From positions 62,001 to 126,000 of the forward strand of contig JBBDMM010000012.1 of assembly GCA_040878325.1 (NCBI GenBank): a stretch of DNA of 64,000 nt, written 5' to 3'. Shown in pieces: positions 40,889-49,968 of this stretch. This DNA comes from Acidimicrobiia bacterium (lineage in GTDB: Bacteria; Actinomycetota; Acidimicrobiia; Spongiisociales; UBA11373). Positions within the stretch are counted from its first letter, which is position 1; every line of letters starts with the position of its first letter. A program made the position numbers and the translations under genes. Below the pieces are notes generated by a model. That model worked only from the letters and a program-made list of their open reading frames with translations. It had not been told where the DNA came from and made no database searches.

Positions 40889-41928
40889 GCGACACCCCTC
40901 TCGGTGATCTCGGGGACCTGGTCCCAGTGCCAGCACTCGACGAGGTGGCCGCCGCCGACATCCTCGAGGGGCGGCGTTTCGACCGCGCATTTCTCGGTCG
41001 CGAAGGGGCAACGAGGATGGAAGCGGCAACCTGAGGGTGGGTTGAGCAGGTTCGGCGGCTCGCCCTTGAGCGGGGCCAACTTGCGGCGGGGCCCGGCGAT
41101 CGAGGGTGCCGAGTTCAGCAGCAAGTAGGCATAGGGGTGCTTGGGCCGCTGGAACACTTCACGGGTTGCGCCCAACTCCACGACTCGCCCGGCGTACATC
41201 ACGCCGATGGTGTCGGTGACTTCGGCGATCACCGCGATGTCGTGCGAGATGTAGATCATCGCCATCCCCAGGTCGCGCTGAATCCGCTTCAATTGGTTGA
41301 GGATCTGGTCCTGGACGATCACGTCCAGGGCGGTGGTGGGCTCGTCGGCGATGATCAGTTGCGGATCGCAGGAGAGGGCCATGGCGATGATGGCCCGCTG
41401 GCGCATTCCCCCTGAGAACTCGTGGGGGTATCTGTCGAGCATCTTCGGGTCGACCCCAACCAGAGTGAACAGCTCTTCCATGCGGGCACGAGCCTCGGCG
41501 GCGGTCGGCAGCGGCTTTATGTGCAGGTTCATCGCTTCGCGGATTTGGTCGCCAACGCGCTGCACCGGGTTCCAGGCGTTCATTGCCCCCTGGAACACCA
41601 TCGAAATGTCGCTCCAGCGGTGGGTGCGCATCTCGTCCTCGGAGAGAGCAAGCAGGTTTTCACCGTTGAGGCGGATCTCGCCTTGCTTGAACTCGGCGTT
41701 GTCGGCCTGCAGTCTGAGCAGCGCCATCGCCACCGACGTCTTGCCGCACCCCGACTCCCCCACCAGGCCCATCGACTCGCCGGCGCGGATGGTGAAGGAG
41801 ACATCGTTGACCGCCGAGACCGAGCCTTTCTCGGTGTGGTACTCCATGGTGAGGTTGTCCACCTCGAGGAGGGCCGGCATCCCCGCACCAGACGGGCGCG
41901 TGCTTAGAGGGGTATCCGCAGTCTGCAT
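40885..41928 (-). CDS. Oligopeptide/dipeptide ABC transporter ATP-binding protein (OppD/DppD-like)
   Basis: [24 protein letters not shown]. Confidence 0.92.
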   Translation of the reverse strand: MQTADTPLSTRPSGAGMPALLEVDNLTMEYHTEKGSVSAVNDVSFTIRAGESMGLVGESGCGKTSVAMALLRLQADNAEFKQGEIRLNGENLLALSEDEMRTHRWSDISMVFQGAMNAWNPVQRVGDQIREAMNLHIKPLPTAAEARARMEELFTLVGVDPKMLDRYPHEFSGGMRQRAIIAMALSCDPQLIIADEPTTALDVIVQDQILNQLKRIQRDLGMAMIYISHDIAVIAEVTDTIGVMYAGRVVELGATREVFQRPKHPYAYLLLNSAPSIAGPRRKLAPLKGEPPNLLNPPSGCRFHPRCPFATEKCAVETPPLEDVGGGHLVECWHWDQVPEITERGVA

Positions 41929-41933
41929 TGCGC

Positions 41934-43046
41934 TCAGCGCCTCCTGAGTCTCGGGTTGACGACTTCGTCCATCGCCCGCCCGGCGAGGAAGAACGCTGCA
42001 GCCAACAGTGTCACGGCCATGCCCGCCGGGATGAGCAGCCACCAGTAGCTGGTCCCGGAGAGCAGATAGCCGGAGCTGTGGGCAACGTTGATCATGAGGC
42101 CCCAACTCATCTGCACGTTCATCAGGCCGAGGAACGAAAGCGTTGCCTCGAGCGCGATCGCCTCGGTGACCGTGAACATCATGTACAGGAAGCTGAGCGG
42201 CAGCACGTTAGGAATGATGTGCCGGAAGATGATGTGCGCGTTGGAGCCTCCGGCCACCCGGGCGGCGTCGATGAATGGCTTCACCGACACCGACAGGGCC
42301 TGTGACTTGAGGACGATCGCCGTCCCTCCGAAGCCCGACAGGATTCCGATCAGCACTCCCAGTAATGGCAGTGTCAGGGTGAACAGCGACGAGATCACGA
42401 TCAGGATCGGGATCAGCGGCACCAGCAACACCAGGTCGGCGAACCGCATCAACAAGCTGTCGATCCACCCTCCGAAGTAGGCAGCAATGGATCCGACGGT
42501 GGTCGCGATCAACACCGTCACCACCGCGGCGATGGCACCGAGGAAGAACGCCGCTCGGGTGCTGTACATCAACTGCGACAGGATGTCACGCCCCAGTGGG
42601 TCGGTGCCCAGCCAGTGTGAGTCCGAGGGCGGCGCCGGCTGCTGCGGGATCGAGATGACCTCACCCACCTGCACGAACGGCGTCGACTTGAGCTTCGCCT
42701 CCGCCAGGAGCATCTCGCCGTCGCCCACCTCGGGCCCGGCGACGATCAGGTATTCGGCCCGGGGCGCGTCATAGCCCCTCACCGGGTCGTAGACCGCCGG
42801 ATCCCAGACGTTGCCCATGAGGAAGGGGTGGATGATTGCCGCCAGAGCGAACGCGATGATGATGCCGAGGCCCACAAGGCCGATCTTGTTCTTGGCGAAG
42901 AGGGCCCAGTTGCGGCTGAGTGCCTTACGGAAGAGGCGAAGTCGGATGCGCCACAGTGGTTCCTGGATTACGGGGCCGCCACCGGGAGCCCGCGGCAGTT
43001 GGAAATCCCCGACTTGTGGTTCTTCGAGGTCGACGCGATCGCTCAC
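41934..43046 (-). CDS. Peptide ABC transporter permease (OppC-like)
   Basis: HWLGTD..GRD, DAARVAG EAA loop, RHIIPN. Confidence 0.92.
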   Translation of the reverse strand: MSDRVDLEEPQVGDFQLPRAPGGGPVIQEPLWRIRLRLFRKALSRNWALFAKNKIGLVGLGIIIAFALAAIIHPFLMGNVWDPAVYDPVRGYDAPRAEYLIVAGPEVGDGEMLLAEAKLKSTPFVQVGEVISIPQQPAPPSDSHWLGTDPLGRDILSQLMYSTRAAFFLGAIAAVVTVLIATTVGSIAAYFGGWIDSLLMRFADLVLLVPLIPILIVISSLFTLTLPLLGVLIGILSGFGGTAIVLKSQALSVSVKPFIDAARVAGGSNAHIIFRHIIPNVLPLSFLYMMFTVTEAIALEATLSFLGLMNVQMSWGLMINVAHSSGYLLSGTSYWWLLIPAGMAVTLLAAAFFLAGRAMDEVVNPRLRRR

Positions 43047-43064
43047 GATTGGCTCCTCCTTCCG

Positions 43065-44237
43065 CTACTGGTAACGAATGCGTGGGTCGAGATAGACATA
43101 GATGATATCGGCGATCAGATGCCCGAGCAGGGCGAGCACCGCGATGATCGACAGGGTGCCCATCGCCAGCGGGATGTCCTCGAGCAGCACCGCCTGGAAG
43201 AGCAGCAGCCCGATCCCCGGCCACGAGAACACGGTCTCGGTGATGATGCCGCCGCCGATCACGAACGCCAGGGCGAGCACCAACGAGGTGACCACCGGCA
43301 GCAGGGCATTCCGGGCCGCATGACGGTCGCGGATCGCCTTTTCCGGCAGACCCTTGGCGCGTGCCGTGAGGATGTAGTCCTCACGCAGCGTCTCGAGCAT
43401 CGAGCTCCTGGTGAGCAGCATGATCCCGGCGAATGCCACCAGGGTCAGGGTCCCCACCGGCAGGATCGTGTGATGGAAAATGTCGCCGGCGTACTTGCGC
43501 ATCGGCGAGATCCAGAAGTACACGAAGGGGAAGATCACCGCCGCCAGGAACGACCAGTTGCGCACCCGGATCGCCTGCGGAAGTTCCAGTCGCTTCCGTG
43601 CCACCAGGGTTATCACGGACGCGACGAACAGGGCCAGGGTGGCCACGAGGATCATCCGCATGAACACCTCATTGGTGGTGAACGGAGAGCCGGTCCACTC
43701 GGGCGCGTCGATGAACTTGTTGATCGGGAACACCGTGAAGCCAACCCAGCCCGCAACTGTGAACCCAAAGAACCAGATCATCAGCAGCGCGAACCACGGA
43801 TAGAAGATCGTGTAGAGCCCGACGCCGCCCAAGGTCAGCAAGTACTCGGTGGCCTTGCCCCGCCGCCATGCGAGCACCTTCCCGGTCACGAAGCCCAGGT
43901 AGTAGGCGAGAACCGTGGCAGAGAGGAACAGCACGATGGTCCGGGGCAGCGCGGCGAGGATCAGCGAGCTCACCGAGGTCGGGTACTGCGAGAGCGCCAC
44001 CCCCATATTGCCGGTGAAGAAATTCTTCATGTACGAGGTGTACCGGCCCCACAGCGGCTGGTCGAGACCGAGGCGGGCGGCGAGGCGAGCCTTCTCCTCC
44101 GGCGGGATATCCGGGTTGCCGATGTACTGCTGGGAGAGATCTCCCGGCTGTGCTTCGAGAAGGAAGAAGAGGATGGTGAGGAAGATCGCGAACAGGATGA
44201 TCATCTGCACGAGCCGTTTGCTGATGAACTTCGTCAT
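43065..44237 (-). CDS. Peptide ABC transporter permease (OppB-like)
   Basis: LGLDQP, YILTARAKG, ETVFSWPGIG. Confidence 0.92.
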   Translation of the reverse strand: MTKFISKRLVQMIILFAIFLTILFFLLEAQPGDLSQQYIGNPDIPPEEKARLAARLGLDQPLWGRYTSYMKNFFTGNMGVALSQYPTSVSSLILAALPRTIVLFLSATVLAYYLGFVTGKVLAWRRGKATEYLLTLGGVGLYTIFYPWFALLMIWFFGFTVAGWVGFTVFPINKFIDAPEWTGSPFTTNEVFMRMILVATLALFVASVITLVARKRLELPQAIRVRNWSFLAAVIFPFVYFWISPMRKYAGDIFHHTILPVGTLTLVAFAGIMLLTRSSMLETLREDYILTARAKGLPEKAIRDRHAARNALLPVVTSLVLALAFVIGGGIITETVFSWPGIGLLLFQAVLLEDIPLAMGTLSIIAVLALLGHLIADIIYVYLDPRIRYQ

Positions 44238-44362
44238 CCCCGGTCCTCCGTTCGCCCGGCGTGCTCGCCGGAATTGGGCGAAGATAGCAGGTTAGGCCGA
44301 TCGCGCTCGCGTCCGCGTGGCCTCCGCTCAGGTTACCGCGGGATCCGCTTCACGCCAGACGC

Positions 44363-44400
44363 GAAGTGGGGGGGGGGGGGCCGAAGTCCCGCCCCACTTC
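44363..44400. terminator. Intergenic hairpin after the SBP gene, containing a G13 run
   Basis: gaagtgggg... / ...ccccacttc. Confidence 0.6.
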
Positions 44401-44429
44401 CTAGTTGCTCTTGCGAGCGTCTAGTTCAT

Positions 44430-46481
44430 TTACGCAGCCGCGCCGACCACGCCGGGGAAGCCGTTACCGAACTGGAGACCCGAGAGGGTGTCCGTGAACG
44501 GGAACGAGACTGCCGCCGAGCGGTACGCCTCGAGGATGCCAGTGTCGAACAGGACGATGTAAGGCTTCAACTCGAAGAGAATCGCCTCCATCTCCCACAT
44601 GATGTCAAAGGCAGCCTCGAACGTCTGAGCAGCGTTGAACTCCTCGACCAAAGCGTTGAACGCCGGGTCGTTGAATCCGGGGCTGTTGTTCCCGTCGTTC
44701 ACGAGGGTGTCATTCTTCCCAGCGAAGAAGGACTCGTGATACGTCGGAAGGGCCGGGTTACCCAGGCTCCAACCGAGGAGGAACATGTCGTAGTCGAGCT
44801 CACCAGCGTCGTTCGGCACGTACACCTTGTTCACCAAGATGTTGAAGTCCGTCGGGAACGCTTGCGCCTCGAACCCGAGGTCCGAGAGGGCCTGGGCAAT
44901 GATCAGCGAATACGTTGCGCGAAGCGGGTCGTAGCCAGGTCCGGGAGACAGAATCTCCAGTTCCTGAACCGTGACGCCGTTCAGCATGATGCCAGAGCCA
45001 GGAACGATCGCGTTGACCGCGAAATCGGGCTCCTGCCCCTCCGGCCAGGTGAACCCGTTTGCCTTCAACGCGGCTACCGCGAGGTGGAGGCGAGCCTCAG
45101 AACCCGTTGCGGTGTAGTTCGTGTCGTCGGCTGGATCGTCGGCATCTTCACCGGGATCCACGAACGGAGCACCATCGTGACGGACATCCGTCGACGCTTC
45201 CGTGTAGATGAGCGCGAAGGCATCGGCCACTTCCGCGTTGTACCAGTTGGTGTTCCCTTCGGGAACCGTTGCGTACAGCGGGAAGGCCACGCCCTGGAGC
45301 ACGCTGGTGGCCACGTACTCCTTGTTGATCATGAACGCCAATGCATTGCGGAACCCCTGGTTGGACATGGGCTCGCGGCGCAGGTTGAACGCCATGTAGC
45401 GGAAGCCGTTCGTCGGGTTGACGACGGCCGTCAGGTTCGGGTCGCTGGTGATCTGGTCCTGGAGACCACGCTGAAGGCCCAGCGGGTTGTAGAGGAAGTC
45501 CACGTCGCCATTCCTGAGAGCCAGGATGGCAGCGCTCTGATCACTGTAGAGCTCGAACGTCTGCTCGCTCATGAACGGGCCGCTCGTATACGTCACGCCG
45601 CCGGAGACGACCTCACGACCGGTGTCGTAGTAGGTGTCGTTGGCGAGGACACGGGCGAACGCGCCAGCCTCACGGCTGTCGAACACCGTCGGACCACCCG
45701 AGGGATCGCCGATACCCGAAGCCGCATAGAGCGTTTCGGCGGGATCCGCGCCGCCTGCTGCTGCTGCGACGACATCGCCCCAGAAGTGCGCCGGCATGAT
45801 GGCGGAGAGCCCGGGACCATGCGGCCAGATCGCGAGACCCGGCTCGAGGTTCCAGGTGAACTTGACCGTCTTGTCGTCCACGGCCGTAACCGCAGTCAGG
45901 CCGAGGTTCTCCGACACGACCGTCGGGTTGCAGCCCTCGGTATCGGGATCGTCGATCAGCGCCCACTGGTACGAGGCCACCCAGTTACCACCGAGGCAGA
46001 AGTCGCGCACCGTCTCAGCGGTGAACACGATGTCCTGAGCGGTGATCGGGGTGCCGTCGCTCCAGTTGGCATCGTCACGGATCGCCACTTCGACGGAGAA
46101 ACCGTCGCCGTCGGCAACCGCGGTGCCGGGATCAGCAGAAGCCGCGATGTCGTTGCTCAGCTCCAACCCCGGAAGGTTGATGCCAAAGAGCGACGGCTTC
46201 GTCGGCCCAAGCACGTAGGCGTTCCACACCGTGCTCTGGGGGTCGTTATACGCCCAGTAGTTGTCGGTGGTGGTGTCCGCGAAAATGCCCGTCCGGTATA
46301 CGAACCCTGCCACAGGAGGCGCGGTCGTAGCCGTAGTAGTTCCGGTGCCTATGGTCGTAGTAGCGCCAGGCGCAGCAGTCGTGGTGGTGGCATCGTCATC
46401 GCCGCAAGCGGCGGCCACCAACGCAAACACTGCGAAGGCAACTACGAGCCGCCATCGGCCCGAGAGCTTCGGAGTTGTCAC
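44430..46481 (-). CDS. ABC family-5 solute-binding lipoprotein
   Basis: Lipobox VAAAC, Thr-rich linker, WSDGTPITA.D..FT. Confidence 0.9.
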   Translation of the reverse strand: MTTPKLSGRWRLVVAFAVFALVAAACGDDDATTTTAAPGATTTIGTGTTTATTAPPVAGFVYRTGIFADTTTDNYWAYNDPQSTVWNAYVLGPTKPSLFGINLPGLELSNDIAASADPGTAVADGDGFSVEVAIRDDANWSDGTPITAQDIVFTAETVRDFCLGGNWVASYQWALIDDPDTEGCNPTVVSENLGLTAVTAVDDKTVKFTWNLEPGLAIWPHGPGLSAIMPAHFWGDVVAAAAGGADPAETLYAASGIGDPSGGPTVFDSREAGAFARVLANDTYYDTGREVVSGGVTYTSGPFMSEQTFELYSDQSAAILALRNGDVDFLYNPLGLQRGLQDQITSDPNLTAVVNPTNGFRYMAFNLRREPMSNQGFRNALAFMINKEYVATSVLQGVAFPLYATVPEGNTNWYNAEVADAFALIYTEASTDVRHDGAPFVDPGEDADDPADDTNYTATGSEARLHLAVAALKANGFTWPEGQEPDFAVNAIVPGSGIMLNGVTVQELEILSPGPGYDPLRATYSLIIAQALSDLGFEAQAFPTDFNILVNKVYVPNDAGELDYDMFLLGWSLGNPALPTYHESFFAGKNDTLVNDGNNSPGFNDPAFNALVEEFNAAQTFEAAFDIMWEMEAILFELKPYIVLFDTGILEAYRSAAVSFPFTDTLSGLQFGNGFPGVVGAAA

Positions 46482-46674
46482 TATTTGTCTCCAATCGTCA
46501 GTCTGACGGGCGGAACGGGCACGTGCGCGAAGTCGCGCAGCGCGCACCGTGTACCCACCTTGGGAGCCAGGGTACTCGGGCCCGGGAATACCGGCAACAG
46601 GTCCGAGGGGGGTCGCGGGTGCAACCCAGGAGCACCTCCGGCCTTTCGCTGAGGGGATGTCGACACCGATCGGA

Positions 46675-48594
46675 TCAGACGACGCCTTCGCGAGCGGAGT
46701 CGCGCTCTTCGTCGGGTCCGTCGATCGACCCGGTGGCCCGGTGCCAGAAAGCGGCGTTCCAGGTGTCCACCGCCAGCGGGGATCCTCCCCCGATCGGTAC
46801 CACCACAAATCCGGTGATCGCATCCGCCCACACCGCCCCCAGCCGGGGATGCTGATATAGCGGTATCAACGCGACCTGGTTGGCCAGGATCGCCTCGGCT
46901 TCCTCCACCAGGTTGGCGATCTCGTCGTGGTCGAGCGTGCTGTTGAGGCCCCGGTTGACGAACCCATAGCGGACGGTTCCGCTGTTGATCACCGACGACG
47001 GTCCCTGTTCGTAGCCCGATCCTGAGTATTCGTGCCCTGCCACGAACTCGACCGCCTCGGTACCCCACCGGTAGAAGTTCGAGCCCCCCGGGGCGGGCGC
47101 ACGAGCCGGATCGAAGCTCGCCTGAAAGCCGAGCAGCCCGGTGAGTTCGGGGGAACCCTGCCATCCCCACGAGGCCATGTCATAGATTCCGAAGTCGAGG
47201 GTGTCACCGAAGAACACCGCCGAGTCCTCCACCACGACGTCCGTGCGGATCCCGGCGTTCCCGAGCATGGCGGCCACGAGCTGCGCCAACCGGATGCGGG
47301 TGTCGCCCCGCGCCACCGTCAGGACCGCCCGCACCGGTCGCGTCGTGCAGTCGACTTCCGGTTTGCCACAGAGCACCTCGATGAGCTCGCGCGATCGCTC
47401 CGGATCGAACTCGTACTGCGCCCACCCATCCTGGGAGAGAAAGGGCAGGTATGCATCGACATAGGAGTCGAGGGGGGAGATGACTCCACCAAAGAGCTCA
47501 TCCACCAGCCGTTGCCGATCGATGGCGTGGGCAATGGCCATCCGATATTCGACGTGCTCGTTGTACGAGTTGCGATTGCGATCGAACCGGTTCTCGCCCA
47601 ACTGGAAGTTGATCTGCTCCCACTCGGCGCTGCCGACCACCTGTGCGTCGAGACCGGGAGTTTCGTCGGCCAGCACCCGCTCCATCTGATCGGTCGCGTC
47701 GGCGAAGGCGGCGATGTCGATCTCGTGGGCAAGAAGCGCGTCGACCAAGGCCTCTCGCCCCGGGTAGAACCTGAAGACGATCCGGTCCAGGTACGGCAGC
47801 TGTTGCCCGGTGACTGCGTCGAACTCGAAGTAGTTCGGATTGCGGACCACCGAGAAATACGAGCCTTTCTCCCAGGCCTCGAAAACGAACGGGCCCCCGG
47901 AGACCCACGGCACATCGTCGAACACCCGGAGGAAGTCCCGGGCCTGGGCGGCGTGCTGAGGAATCAGGGTGTTGAAGATCAGTTGAACGGCGAGCGTCGG
48001 GCGCGCCATCGTGTACTCGAACGTCTTCGGCCCGACGACGATCGATTCGGGGAGAATGTCCTGGTATGTCGTCCGATCGAGCACGTACGTCGGGTTCATG
48101 ATCGTCTGGTACGTGAACTGAAAGTCGTCGCCGCTGATCGGTGTGCCATCCGCCCAGACCCGGTCCTCTTTGATCCGATAGCGAACGGTCATCGTGCCGT
48201 CAGGGTTGAGCGTGAGGCCCCCGTTCTCGATGCTGGGGATCTCCTCGACCACATCAGGCATCAATTCGAGCGTGGCCCCATCGATTCGGTGCACCCCGGT
48301 CCAGAAGGTGCGACCGATTGCACTCACCGCGTAGGCCGAGCCGCCCGGCAGCCACGGGTTGAGGATGTCGGGCTCGATCTCGACCCCCACGATCGCCTCG
48401 CCCCCGTAGGGGTTCGGCACGATCGGCTCGGTGGTGGTGGTCGTCGGGGGGAGCGTCGTGGTGGTGACCGGCGGCAGTGTTGTGGTAGTCGGAGGGGCGG
48501 TCGACGTCGTTGTCGTCGGCGCAGCCTCACCCACGCCGCAGGCGGCGACGACCAGCAGCAAGCAAGCCACCACCCGCGGCGCAAAGGAACGCAT
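46675..48594 (-). CDS. ABC family-5 solute-binding lipoprotein
   Basis: VVAAC lipobox, Thr/Pro linker, WADGTPISGDDF.FT, GPF, AIDR. Confidence 0.88.
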   Translation of the reverse strand: MRSFAPRVVACLLLVVAACGVGEAAPTTTTSTAPPTTTTLPPVTTTTLPPTTTTTEPIVPNPYGGEAIVGVEIEPDILNPWLPGGSAYAVSAIGRTFWTGVHRIDGATLELMPDVVEEIPSIENGGLTLNPDGTMTVRYRIKEDRVWADGTPISGDDFQFTYQTIMNPTYVLDRTTYQDILPESIVVGPKTFEYTMARPTLAVQLIFNTLIPQHAAQARDFLRVFDDVPWVSGGPFVFEAWEKGSYFSVVRNPNYFEFDAVTGQQLPYLDRIVFRFYPGREALVDALLAHEIDIAAFADATDQMERVLADETPGLDAQVVGSAEWEQINFQLGENRFDRNRNSYNEHVEYRMAIAHAIDRQRLVDELFGGVISPLDSYVDAYLPFLSQDGWAQYEFDPERSRELIEVLCGKPEVDCTTRPVRAVLTVARGDTRIRLAQLVAAMLGNAGIRTDVVVEDSAVFFGDTLDFGIYDMASWGWQGSPELTGLLGFQASFDPARAPAPGGSNFYRWGTEAVEFVAGHEYSGSGYEQGPSSVINSGTVRYGFVNRGLNSTLDHDEIANLVEEAEAILANQVALIPLYQHPRLGAVWADAITGFVVVPIGGGSPLAVDTWNAAFWHRATGSIDGPDEERDSAREGVV

Positions 48595-48794
48595 TCCCAG
48601 CATTCTCCCCGACCTCCCGACGTAGCGGGGCCCGTTGGCTCCCGGGGCCGACGGCTGCCCTTTGGGCAGCTTGGGAGCGCTGCCGAACTCCATCGGTGGA
48701 GGCCGAACAGACGCCGGTCGGCCCTCCTCCACGAGCGGACCCCAACCCCGCCGTGGCCGTCGGGGACAGGTTCGCCTTCCCCCCTAACGAACTT

Positions 48795-49031
48795 TCAGGT
48801 GAGGACCCACGAGAGACCGAGCGTCGTCGCGCCAAAGAGCACGGCAACGGTCACCGTGATTCGATCGAGGTTTCGCTCCGCCACGGTCGATCCCCCCAGC
48901 CCCCCCAGAGGGCCCATTCCGCCACCGAAAGCGTCGGAAAGCCCGCCCCCACGCCCCGCATGCAGGAGTATCAGCGCGATGAGGGCAAAGCACAGGATCA
49001 GATGGAGCACGATGAGAATCGCCGCGAGCAC
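48795..49031 (-). CDS. secG: Preprotein translocase subunit SecG
   Basis: LLHAGRGGGLSDAFGGG...AERNLDRIT. Confidence 0.92.
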   Translation of the reverse strand: MLAAILIVLHLILCFALIALILLHAGRGGGLSDAFGGGMGPLGGLGGSTVAERNLDRITVTVAVLFGATTLGLSWVLT

Positions 49032-49073
49032 AGGGAACCTCGTTGGGAGATGGGGAGTATAGGGGACGGTCCA

Positions 49074-49173
49074 CAGCCGCCAGCCAACAGCCAACGGCCA
49101 ATAGTCAAGCCCCGTCCCAGGTGGAAGAGGGCCTAGCCGCGGTCGCTGGCTATCGGCTGTTGGCTGTTGGCTA
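49074..49173. repeat. Inverted heptamer tandem-repeat array (CAGCCAA-like)
   Basis: cagccgc-cagccaa-cagccaa-cggccaa-tagtcaa ... tcggctg-ttggctg-ttggcta. Confidence 0.8.
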
Positions 49174-49920
49174 CTTCGCCTTGCCCTGTTCGGCGACTGC
49201 CCGGGCCGCGGCCGCGGCGGCTTCGGGATCACCCAAATAGCCGCTGTCGATGCGCCTCAAGTCGTCGTCGAGCGTGTATCGCAGCGGAATTCCGGTGGGA
49301 ATGTTCAGGGACAGGATCGCCTCGTCGCTGATCCCGTCCAGGTGCTTGACCAGGGCGCGCAAACTGTTGCCGTGGGCCGATACCAGCACGGTGCGCCCCG
49401 CCCGCAGATCGGGGACGATCCGATCGTGCCAATACGGCAGCATGCGGGCGACCACGTCCGCGAGGCTCTCCCCCGCCGGCAGAAGGTCGGGCGTCAGGCC
49501 GGCGTAGCGGCGATCGTGGCCCGGGTGCCGCTCGTCGGCTGGATCGAGCGGCGGTGGCGGCAGGTCATACGAGCGTCGCCAGATCTGCACCTGCTCTTCC
49601 CCGTGCTTGCGAGCGGTCTCGGCCTTGTCGAGCCCTTGCAGCGCCCCGTAATGGCGTTCGTTCAGCCGCCAGTGGCGGCGCACGGGGATCCAGAGGCGCT
49701 CCATCTCGGCCAGCGTGAGGTAGAGGGTCCAAATCGCCCTGACCAGCACCGAGGTGTGAGCGACATCCGGAAGGATCGACTCTTCGAGGAGGAGGCGTCC
49801 GGCGCGGCGAGCCTCGTCTTCCCCCGCCGGCGTCAGGCCGACATCCGTCCAACCCGTGAAACGGTTCTCGAGGTTCCACGTGCTCTGTCCATGACGCAGC
49901 AGGATCAATGTGTGGGTCAT
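49171..49920 (-). CDS. gpmA: 2,3-BPG-dependent phosphoglycerate mutase
   Basis: [22 protein letters not shown]. Confidence 0.96.
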   Translation of the reverse strand: MTHTLILLRHGQSTWNLENRFTGWTDVGLTPAGEDEARRAGRLLLEESILPDVAHTSVLVRAIWTLYLTLAEMERLWIPVRRHWRLNERHYGALQGLDKAETARKHGEEQVQIWRRSYDLPPPPLDPADERHPGHDRRYAGLTPDLLPAGESLADVVARMLPYWHDRIVPDLRAGRTVLVSAHGNSLRALVKHLDGISDEAILSLNIPTGIPLRYTLDDDLRRIDSGYLGDPEAAAAAARAVAEQGKAK

Positions 49921-49968
49921 CGCTCCTCAACGGTAGTTACCCACGGCAGGGCACCGGGTCGGCCCGTT

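Noticed and set aside
42828..46652. 1274-aa plus-strand ORF and other long antisense ORFs (47032-49062, 51112-52731, 60472-61983)
   Set aside because: Shadow frames of well-supported minus-strand genes in high-GC DNA.
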